DNA from: Candidatus Muiribacteriota bacterium | GTDB lineage: Bacteria > Muiribacteriota > Muiribacteriia > Muiribacteriales > Muiribacteriaceae | Assembly (NCBI GenBank): GCA_051747805.1 | Contig: JBNJGP010000027.1 | Span: 1-18,513, forward strand | Direction of reading: 5' to 3' | Length of the DNA: 18,513 bases | In this document: piece after piece, positions 1 through 7,136 of the stretch | How positions within the stretch are numbered: the stretch's first letter is position 1 | Layout of the letters: each line of letters opens with the position of its first letter | The notes under the pieces: generated by a model | Told to the model about the DNA's origin: nothing | Seen by the model: the letters and a program-made list of their open reading frames with translations, nothing else | Databases searched by the model: none | Position numbers and translations under genes: made by a program

Positions 1-82
1 AATTTTAATTTACTTTACTGTTATCGTTAGATAACTTTACTATCACCTTTAGGTGATTTTACTAAGCTGAAAGCTTTTTACT
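1..82. repeat. Array of short perfect inverted repeats with variable stems, separated by an invariant TTTACT linker (truncated at window start)
   Basis: TTTACT at 14-19, 36-41, 58-63 and 77-82. Between them: GTTATC-gtta-GATAAC (20-35), ATCACC-ttta-GGTGAT (42-57), AAGCT-gaa-AGCTT (64-76). A partial unit AAT-ttta-ATTTAC occupies 1-13. Confidence 0.85.
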
Positions 83-159
83 TTTATGTAGGCCTGACCC
101 TATCAAATCAGGGATTTTCTCTATTTTCATTGGGAATTGGCCTTATAATCTTAAAAAAT

Positions 160-187
160 TTGACATTAAACTTAATTTTTATATAAT
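160..187 (+). promoter_or_regulatory. Sigma70-type promoter for the BMP gene
   Basis: TTGACA (160-165) - 16 nt - TATAAT (182-187); both hexamers are consensus. Confidence 0.75.
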
Positions 188-238
188 AATAATCAGGATT
201 TAAAAAAAATTTTAAAGAAAAAAGAGGGGAGGGGGCTT

Positions 239-1168
239 ATCAAAAAAAGCATTTTTGTTTTCATTATTTTATTTATGTTTCTAAACGTTTACTCTATAAA
301 GGTTGGGGTTCTAATGCCTTTCCGGGCAGAAGATGACCCTACATTCGGCCATATGGTCCTTGAGGGAGTCAACCAAATTACCCAAGACTTTGATGATATT
401 ACTATTAACTATGTTTATCCGGCGCAAAACATTTCTTTTGAATCATATGTAAGATATTTTTCATTAAGTTTTGATGTGATTGTTGGTGCTGGATATATGT
501 ATGATTCAGTTATTGAGTCGGCGGCAAAATCATATCCTGATAATACATATATTTTAATTGACAGTAAAGTAGAAGGCGAAAATATTATTTCAATTCTTTT
601 TGATGATAAACAGGCCGCCTACATAGCTGGTGCTGTTTCGGAAATTTTATTTCCGGGAAAAAAGAAAGCTTTCATCGGAGCCAATCCATCACCTCTTATG
701 GATAACTTCTACTTTGGTTTTGTAAATGGTATCACCGACCACGGAAACAGTGTTAATATCACAAGAGAATATATTTCGAATGATATAACAGGTTTTGCGA
801 GTAAAATTAAAGCTGAATATATTGCAGAAAACCTTTACAGTAAAAATACACAAATTATTTTTGCACCTGTTGGTCAGAGTAGTATGGGGGTTTTACGGGC
901 TGCCAGAAAATCTGATAACCATATTATAGGAATCGACAGACCTTTTGAGGACTTTAGAAAGCAAAATGTTGCTTTTTCTATTATTAAAAGAGTCGATAAA
1001 GCTTTATATAATATTATCAGTAAAATTTATCATAAAAAAGAAGTGCGAAATGAAAATCATTTTGATTTTTCAAATGGTGGTTATGAAATTTCTGATAAAG
1101 AATTTTTTATAAATAAATATGGTCAAAAACAATATGAGAAGATTATGGATTTATGTAACAACCTGTAA
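239..1168 (+). CDS. BMP (PnrA/TmpC-like) family ABC substrate-binding protein; probable ATC start at 239 (first ATG at 275)
   Basis: Motifs DVIVGAG, YILIDS, FDDKQAAYIAGAVS, IIFAPVG, IIGID, SIIKRVD are typical of BMP proteins. GGAGG at 228-232 precedes in-frame ATC-AAA-AAA, which restores a full signal peptide. Confidence 0.8.
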   Translation: MKKSIFVFIILFMFLNVYSIKVGVLMPFRAEDDPTFGHMVLEGVNQITQDFDDITINYVYPAQNISFESYVRYFSLSFDVIVGAGYMYDSVIESAAKSYPDNTYILIDSKVEGENIISILFDDKQAAYIAGAVSEILFPGKKKAFIGANPSPLMDNFYFGFVNGITDHGNSVNITREYISNDITGFASKIKAEYIAENLYSKNTQIIFAPVGQSSMGVLRAARKSDNHIIGIDRPFEDFRKQNVAFSIIKRVDKALYNIISKIYHKKEVRNENHFDFSNGGYEISDKEFFINKYGQKQYEKIMDLCNNL

Positions 1169-1226
1169 CTAATAAATTATTATAAAATAGTTTATAATTA
1201 AACTAATAAAAAAAAATGGAGGAAAG

Positions 1227-3569
1227 ATGAAAAAAAATTTAATACTGTTAACGCTTATGTTTTCTGTTCTTATTTTTGCCGGGGACTCAAATAGAATTTC
1301 TGAAGAAGAAATTATTAATGACCTTATTTTACAGATGAGGGATGTTGTTTATGAACTAAATATAAGTCATGAAGCAGTTAATAATATGAGAGAAATATTA
1401 GATATTGTTGAAACCGATGGAAAAGAAGCCTGGGTTCTTCTGCCTGAATTAAAAAATGAGGTTATGAAATTATCGCAAGTTGAAAGTGACATATATGCAT
1501 TAGAACGGTTATATGATATTTCTGATGCTTTAGGAAATATGGTTGAAAGACAAAATTTCATTGAAAACGTTGAAACTGTTTATGACTCTAATCGTGCAAC
1601 TCGTGGTCAGGAATCCGATACTGATAAACATTTTATTAGAAAAAATTATGAAAAAATTAAAGGTAAGGTACATGAAGAAATTCTAGACCTTGACGTTGAT
1701 TTTGATGTTAATCTTCTTGATTTTGACATTGCCGAAGGAATTTCTCTTGCAACCAAATATAAATGGGGACTTGAACCTTCTTATAACGACGGATATTTTA
1801 CTAGAATTGATTCGTATAAAGTTAAAAATGATATTAAAATCGGCGATATTATTGAGGACGTTGCTAATGTTTCTCTGCCTGTTTATTTAAATATCCGGAG
1901 CGGTAAAGAAATTATATTTGCAAGACAGTTTAAAAGTCAAAAAAAAGCTGCTACTGCATTACCGTATAACCCAATAAAACTTCCGGTTAATTCTGAAAAT
2001 GCCAGAAAAATGAATGTAGGTGATTTTGTAAGTATTCCTACAAATATGTCTGTTGTAGTTGGAGCCTCAGCTGGTTTTGGTGGTGGAATATCTGGAAATG
2101 CCAAAGCTTATTATATGCTTTCGGGAGATTTCAGAATCAATATTTTAAAAACAGATAAAAATAGAGTAAGGGTTAAATTAATTGGTATGCGAAGAAAAAC
2201 AACAGGTATTGATCTTTCTGCGGGTTATTCCTTTAATGTTTTTGGTGTAAGCTTTATAGACAAACAGATTGGAAGTTTTCTTGACACCAACATTTTTAAA
2301 ATTAGACATAGAGATATTGACGGAGAAAACTTTTCTGTTGACTATGTTTTTGACCTTGAGTCCAGAGATGCCCAGAACGCATATGACTCTTTTTTAAATG
2401 CTAATCTTAAATTCAACATTAAAGATACAGCAAACCCTTTAAAAGACGAGGAAGATACTACTGCTGAATTTTTCAATAATCTTGCTGACGCTGAAAACAT
2501 TTATCAGCAGGATAGAGGAAGAGAAGCTGGAAACAGACGTGTTAACCGTATTTTTAAAGCTTCTAACTTTTTTGAACAAACAAGACGTGACTTTAAAATT
2601 GGATTTAATTTAATACGTTTTGGCCGTGGTAAAAGTTATATTGAAAATAAACTGGCAGTTTTTGATCAGGATAATATAATGAGTAGATACTATATACCGG
2701 TTTTTCAGGTAAGACATGATTCCAAGTTCCTTTTCGGTGTTTGGAAAAGACGTGAAACAGTTGATACCTATGCTTTATTCAAAACAGATATGAACTGGAA
2801 TATACAGAATACTGAGTCCTTTGCAATTAATAGAAAAATTTCTGATAAAAAATGTTATGCACGACAGTATAGAAAAATAAGAGAATCTGTAATGAATTCA
2901 CTTGGTCATCTGGCCATTGAATCAGGAATTATTCGTGATATGCCAAGAGTTGATTCAAGAATTAATGATTTTAAAATGAATTTTAAAGTACTTATGGATG
3001 AAAATTCTATTGAAAGTTTATTAAATCCTTCAATAATGACAGATGATGTCTTCTGGAATGCAATGTACAATACAATGATTGACTATAAAGATGAACTTTA
3101 TTTATGGGTTGATCACAGTAATAACGATAATGAGCCACTTCAGGATGATTACTGGAGAGTTAATACTTCCAGTTTCTCCGAAGCTAAACTTAGACTTTTT
3201 AATCACTTTAAAGACAAACGCTGGGGATTTGATAAATGGCGTCAGGTTGATAAATTTGAAGATGATTTTTCAAATATGCTTGCCGAAATGGACAAAATGG
3301 AACAGATGAAGAGATATGGCTCAATATTTGGCAAAGAATTTAACCGGACTTTCTTTTTAAGATTTACTATTGAAGCACTTGAATATGCAGGAATAGAATC
3401 TGATTACAACTTTAAAATCCATACAAGAGGTGATGGCATTGATACATTCAATATAAACTATGGAAACATGGATCTTAATGAAGAATTATATAATCAGTTT
3501 AATAATATGCTTTCAAATATTACAGATACAAGTTATGATATGTTTGATTCGGTTGAATATAATAAATAA
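1227..3569 (+). CDS. Large secreted hypothetical protein (780 aa)
   Basis: Long ORF; GGAGG at 1218-1222; signal peptide MKKNLILLTLMFSVLIFA; no family motif recognised. Confidence 0.85.
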   Translation: MKKNLILLTLMFSVLIFAGDSNRISEEEIINDLILQMRDVVYELNISHEAVNNMREILDIVETDGKEAWVLLPELKNEVMKLSQVESDIYALERLYDISDALGNMVERQNFIENVETVYDSNRATRGQESDTDKHFIRKNYEKIKGKVHEEILDLDVDFDVNLLDFDIAEGISLATKYKWGLEPSYNDGYFTRIDSYKVKNDIKIGDIIEDVANVSLPVYLNIRSGKEIIFARQFKSQKKAATALPYNPIKLPVNSENARKMNVGDFVSIPTNMSVVVGASAGFGGGISGNAKAYYMLSGDFRINILKTDKNRVRVKLIGMRRKTTGIDLSAGYSFNVFGVSFIDKQIGSFLDTNIFKIRHRDIDGENFSVDYVFDLESRDAQNAYDSFLNANLKFNIKDTANPLKDEEDTTAEFFNNLADAENIYQQDRGREAGNRRVNRIFKASNFFEQTRRDFKIGFNLIRFGRGKSYIENKLAVFDQDNIMSRYYIPVFQVRHDSKFLFGVWKRRETVDTYALFKTDMNWNIQNTESFAINRKISDKKCYARQYRKIRESVMNSLGHLAIESGIIRDMPRVDSRINDFKMNFKVLMDENSIESLLNPSIMTDDVFWNAMYNTMIDYKDELYLWVDHSNNDNEPLQDDYWRVNTSSFSEAKLRLFNHFKDKRWGFDKWRQVDKFEDDFSNMLAEMDKMEQMKRYGSIFGKEFNRTFFLRFTIEALEYAGIESDYNFKIHTRGDGIDTFNINYGNMDLNEELYNQFNNMLSNITDTSYDMFDSVEYNK

Positions 3570-3605
3570 TTGAAACTGGTAATTTAAAGTGAAGCATGAT
3601 AAAAT

Positions 3606-3645
3606 GAATCAGGTTGATAAATATTTCAGCCTGATTCTTTATTAT
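3606..3645 (+). terminator. Probable intrinsic terminator after the 780-aa gene
   Basis: GAATCAGGTTGA (3606-3617) / TCAGCCTGATTC (3626-3637) form a 12-bp stem with one U-G pair on the + strand, followed by TTTATTAT. Confidence 0.65.
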
Positions 3646-3658
3646 ACAGGAGTTTTCA

Positions 3659-4081
3659 ATGGCACTTGGTTTTAAATGTTCTTACTGTGGAAATAAAATC
3701 ATAACTAAATATTTAAAATGTGGCGAAGAAGCGTTCTGCAGAAAATGCAAAAAAAGAACGCCTGTTCCCATATCTGCAAAAAAAGTTTCTGAGGAAGAAA
3801 TTGAGGCATATGCACAAATGGGAGATACCGACGATTCTGACGAACTTCTAAAAATTAAAGAAAAAATAATTAATGGAAAAAAATTTCAAAATAAAATAAT
3901 CAGAATTGTTTTAAAAAATTCTTTCTTTGGTTTTGAATGTAGAATTGATGAAAATTATCATGATATTATATTAGAAGAAGTAAAAGAAGGGTGGCGATTT
4001 GTTCAAATGGTTTTTATATCATATAATATGTATGGAACGCCATATTCAGCAGATTTAATTTTTGAAAGAGAGGTTTTATAA
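3659..4081 (+). CDS. N-terminal zinc ribbon fused to a DUF4177-like domain
   Basis: CSYC...CRKC zinc ribbon; C-terminal YHDIILEEVKEGWRFVQ...LIFER resembles DUF4177; AGGAG RBS upstream. Confidence 0.7.
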   Translation: MALGFKCSYCGNKIITKYLKCGEEAFCRKCKKRTPVPISAKKVSEEEIEAYAQMGDTDDSDELLKIKEKIINGKKFQNKIIRIVLKNSFFGFECRIDENYHDIILEEVKEGWRFVQMVFISYNMYGTPYSADLIFEREVL

Positions 4082-4082
4082 T

Positions 4083-5192
4083 ATGATAAACAATGAAATT
4101 AAAAGAATTGGAATAAGCACAGGAGGCGGTGATGCTCCTGGATTAAATGCTGTTATACGTGGTGCCGTACTTAGTGCATTAAACAGAGGCTGGGATGTTT
4201 TTGGTATTCGCGATGGTTTCAATGGTTTATTGTTTCCTGAACGTTATGATGAAGGTGGTCTGATGAAGCTTACATCTAAAGAAGTTGCGGGTATTACCCA
4301 TTTAGGTGGAACTATTATCGGAACCACAAATAAAGGTAACCCTTTAAGATTTCCTATAAAAGATAAAAACGGTGAATATAAAGAAGTTGATAGAACTCCT
4401 GAAATTGTCGAAGCCTGCAGAAAAAAAGAAATAGATGCGGTTGTCGCAATAGGTGGTGATGGTTCGCTTGAAATTGCCCACGCTTTAGGTAAACAGGGGT
4501 TAAAAATAGTTGGGGTTCCAAAAACTATTGATAATGACCTTGAAAAAACCTCAATTACTTTTGGATTCGATACAGCTATTTCTTTTGCCACCCAATCAAT
4601 AGACCGTCTTCATTCTACCGCAGCTGCCCATCAACGCGTTATGGTTGTTGAGGTTATGGGAAGGTATGCTGGTTGGATTGGTCTGGAAGCCGGTGTTGCA
4701 AGTAATGCCAATATTATATTAATTCCAGAAATCGAGTTTGATATTGAAAAAGTCTGTGAAAAAATTCTTGAAAGAGAAAAAATTGGTAAAACTCACTCAA
4801 TTATTGTTGTTTCAGAGGGAGCCAAACCTTCAGGTGGCGAACACACAATTGTAAAAAATGAAGTTGGACGTAAAGAAGTACTTGGTGGTATAGGCGAAAA
4901 GGTAGCCACGGCTATTCAGGAAAAAACCGGTAAAGAAACCCGTACAGTTGTGCTTGGACATTTACTGAGAGGCGGTACACCAACCGCATTTGATAGATTA
5001 CTTTCTCTTAGATTTGGTGCGGCGGCTATTCGTGCCTTAAATCAGGGTTACTCTGATGTTATGGTTGCGCTGGACCCTCCAATAGTTAGATATGAACCTC
5101 TTTCTGAAATTTCAGGCAGAGTTAAGTTTGTTCCTGTTGACAGCGATGTACTCTTAACTGCAAGAGAACTTGGAATACATTTTGGTGATTAA
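4083..5192 (+). CDS. pfkA: 6-phosphofructokinase (PfkA family, group III-like, probably ATP-dependent)
   Basis: TGGGDAPGLNAVIR, GGTIIGT, IGGDGS, PKTIDND, VEVMGR, LGHLLRGG. ATG 4083 follows GAGAGG and is preferred to the ORF-track start at 4062. Confidence 0.95.
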   Translation: MINNEIKRIGISTGGGDAPGLNAVIRGAVLSALNRGWDVFGIRDGFNGLLFPERYDEGGLMKLTSKEVAGITHLGGTIIGTTNKGNPLRFPIKDKNGEYKEVDRTPEIVEACRKKEIDAVVAIGGDGSLEIAHALGKQGLKIVGVPKTIDNDLEKTSITFGFDTAISFATQSIDRLHSTAAAHQRVMVVEVMGRYAGWIGLEAGVASNANIILIPEIEFDIEKVCEKILEREKIGKTHSIIVVSEGAKPSGGEHTIVKNEVGRKEVLGGIGEKVATAIQEKTGKETRTVVLGHLLRGGTPTAFDRLLSLRFGAAAIRALNQGYSDVMVALDPPIVRYEPLSEISGRVKFVPVDSDVLLTARELGIHFGD

Positions 5193-6343
5193 ATAGATTT
5201 ATCTATAAAACTGAATATTTCATTAAGTTTTTCAAGCGAGTCTGCCCTTATTATATACCCATGATTTCCCATTAATCCGGCAAATATATCGGGCATTCTT
5301 CCGCTGAAAACCACGTTATTTCTGAAATTGCTGAAAATATCTAATTCTGAATGTATATAAGTTTTCCAGTCTTCACGGGCAATAAATCCAGTATAGTACT
5401 TTACTTTAAAATCACTGGAAATCTTTTTATTTACGATTAATTCTGCATAGTCTCTGTAAATATCATGGTCTGCAGAAAAATTTATCATATCTGTTGTAAA
5501 TCCACCCGGAGGTCTTGCATTCAGCTCCAGTCCATATAATTCATTTTCTTCTGTTCTGAAAAACTCCACATGGAAAAACTTATTTTTTAAACCAAACTCT
5601 TTAATCACCCTTTTCCCTTTTTCGTAAAGGTCTGCAGGCATTTTTTGAGTAAGATAATAATTTTTTGAACACGTTTTCATTTGAAGAGTACCAGGATAAT
5701 GTAATGAAGTTGAAAAAACAGGATTACTGTTTAAATCACTTAATCCGTCAAATGTTTCTATAGTTCCAAATATAAATTTTTCTATAAAATAGGTTGTATG
5801 CGGATTAAAATTATTGTGAAATTCAACTAGCTGTTTTTCATTGTCAATTTTATGTGTGTCAACAGCGCCTACACCTATATCGGGTTTTATAATTACAGGA
5901 TATCCATGTTTACGGCAGAATTCCATCGAGGTAAAAATAGAAGTAGTGATTTCGCCGGGGGCTGTTTTTACGTTTGCTTTTTTAAAATTCTCTTTCATTT
6001 TTGATTTTTTTATAAATTTTTCTATTTCAAATATTTTTATACCCGGTATATTGAATTCTGAACGTATTCTTGCCTCAATCCATAACCATGGTTCAAGGTG
6101 GGATTCTACAAAGTCTATTTTCCCAAAATGTTTTTGATAAAAATAACAGGCATTAACCACTTCAGCATTATTTGAAAACGAAGATACCCTGTAGTTTCCT
6201 TTTATATAATTTTTTAAATTTTGAGGAAGCTGCCAGTCATGAAGGTCTGTAATAGATAGTACATTAACTCCATGTTCTGATAGCTGTTTTGAAAAATTTA
6301 TATAATGTTGTGGAAAATGTGGTGATATATATACATAATTCAT
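5189..6343 (-). CDS. ATP-grasp domain protein, substrate unknown
   Basis: KSKMK, GYPVIIKPDIGVGA, YFIEKFI, FFHVEFF, LELNARPPGG ATP-grasp motifs; N-terminal ISPHFP. Confidence 0.85.
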   Translation of the reverse strand: MNYVYISPHFPQHYINFSKQLSEHGVNVLSITDLHDWQLPQNLKNYIKGNYRVSSFSNNAEVVNACYFYQKHFGKIDFVESHLEPWLWIEARIRSEFNIPGIKIFEIEKFIKKSKMKENFKKANVKTAPGEITTSIFTSMEFCRKHGYPVIIKPDIGVGAVDTHKIDNEKQLVEFHNNFNPHTTYFIEKFIFGTIETFDGLSDLNSNPVFSTSLHYPGTLQMKTCSKNYYLTQKMPADLYEKGKRVIKEFGLKNKFFHVEFFRTEENELYGLELNARPPGGFTTDMINFSADHDIYRDYAELIVNKKISSDFKVKYYTGFIAREDWKTYIHSELDIFSNFRNNVVFSGRMPDIFAGLMGNHGYIIRADSLEKLNEIFSFIDKSI

Positions 6344-6350
6344 AAAATAG

Positions 6351-6380
6351 ATAATATCATAAAATATAAAAGAGGGTCAA
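6351..6380 (-). promoter_or_regulatory. Sigma70-type extended -10 promoter, probably giving a leaderless ATP-grasp mRNA
   Basis: Minus strand TTGACC (6380-6375) - 18 nt - TATTAT (6356-6351), preceded by TGn; 7 nt to the ATG; no SD. Confidence 0.6.
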
Positions 6381-6426
6381 ACTTTTAGTTATAACCGAAA
6401 GAGTTGAATTAAGTTAAAAATAATTG

Positions 6427-6455
6427 TTTACTTTTTTTAAAATATCAATTATAAT
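6427..6455 (+). promoter_or_regulatory. Sigma70-type promoter for the 171-aa gene
   Basis: TTTACT (6427-6432) - 17 nt - TATAAT (6450-6455). Confidence 0.5.
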
Positions 6456-6537
6456 ATAATTAGTGATATATGTAATTTAATAAATTTGCTTTAATGGGTA
6501 ATTTAACCATTATTTGCAGGTGAGGGGGTGGTTATGA

Positions 6538-7053
6538 TTGAAAGTTTCAGAAATTCCCCAAATTATTTCCCTGTGTCAGAACTTTTTCAAAGAATGTATG
6601 GAATTTTACCTCGATTTCAGTTCTCCCTGGCATTTTGTTTACTCAAACGATAAAGAGATTCCTTTTTCAAGTAAGCCAGGAATTTTTTTCCTATGTCAAA
6701 CAAATGAATCTAACTGGCAGAAACACATTTATGAAAGTTGCCATGATATTCTTTATATTGGATTAGCACAACCTGATATTCAATATGCTATTTTACAGAA
6801 GTTCAGAACTGGTGTTGATGACAAATTTCCGATGCTTGGTTCTCCGCCGTTTAAGAACCATTTCTGGAAAAATTTAAAAATTCCAGAAATTACTGAAAAA
6901 ATTGAAACAGGTGATTTAACTTTATATTCTATTAAAATTGATCCTTATTATTACAACTTGTATGTTCTTTATTCAATGATTTTGAATATTTATTATGAAA
7001 AAAACAAAAAACTACCGGTACTTAATTTTAAATCCATTGAAAAAAATTTTTAA
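6538..7053 (+). CDS. Hypothetical protein with a degenerate GIY-YIG-like motif
   Basis: TTG start after GAGGGGGTG; KPGIFF (GIF aa 48-50), ILYIG (YIG aa 73-75), C-terminal KLPVLN. Confidence 0.65.
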   Translation: MKVSEIPQIISLCQNFFKECMEFYLDFSSPWHFVYSNDKEIPFSSKPGIFFLCQTNESNWQKHIYESCHDILYIGLAQPDIQYAILQKFRTGVDDKFPMLGSPPFKNHFWKNLKIPEITEKIETGDLTLYSIKIDPYYYNLYVLYSMILNIYYEKNKKLPVLNFKSIEKNF

Positions 7054-7058
7054 TTTTT

Positions 7059-7094
7059 TTGGGCGGGCTTCTAAAAACTGATTAACCCGCCCAA
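7059..7094. terminator. GC-rich hairpin after the 171-aa gene; possible terminator
   Basis: TTGGGCGGG ... CCCGCCCAA 9-bp stem with a long loop; no good U-tract on either strand. Confidence 0.45.
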
Positions 7095-7101
7095 TATGTA
7101 T

Positions 7102-7130
7102 TTGCATTTTAACTTGGCTTTTGATATTAT
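7102..7130 (+). promoter_or_regulatory. Sigma70-type extended -10 promoter, probably giving a leaderless peptidase mRNA
   Basis: TTGCAT (7102-7107) - 17 nt - TATTAT (7125-7130) with TG at 7122-7123; 6 nt to ATG 7137; no SD. Confidence 0.6.
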
Positions 7131-7136
7131 CTTTTT

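Noticed and set aside
1..82. CRISPR array or c-di-GMP-I riboswitch interpretation of the hairpin array
   Set aside because: The constant part is only 6 nt and the variable parts are self-complementary; no cas genes in the window; the GGCAAA/GCAAAG and GNRA-receptor features of the riboswitch are absent.
31..186. Stop-free hydrophobic frame (ITLLSPLGDF...GIGLIILKNL)
   Set aside because: Preceded by an in-frame TAG with no RBS or good start; T-rich DNA translates as hydrophobic by chance; overlaps the hairpin array and the promoter.
1167..1210. Direct repeat AACTAATAAA x2 around an ATTATAAA/TTTATAAT inverted repeat
   Set aside because: Almost pure A/T in an AT-rich intergenic region; cannot be told apart from chance.
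6534..6653. Out-of-frame ATG at 6534 opening a 39-aa ORF over the 171-aa gene start
   Set aside because: It is closer to the G-rich SD than is optimal, whereas TTG 6538 is well spaced; the peptide has no recognisable features.
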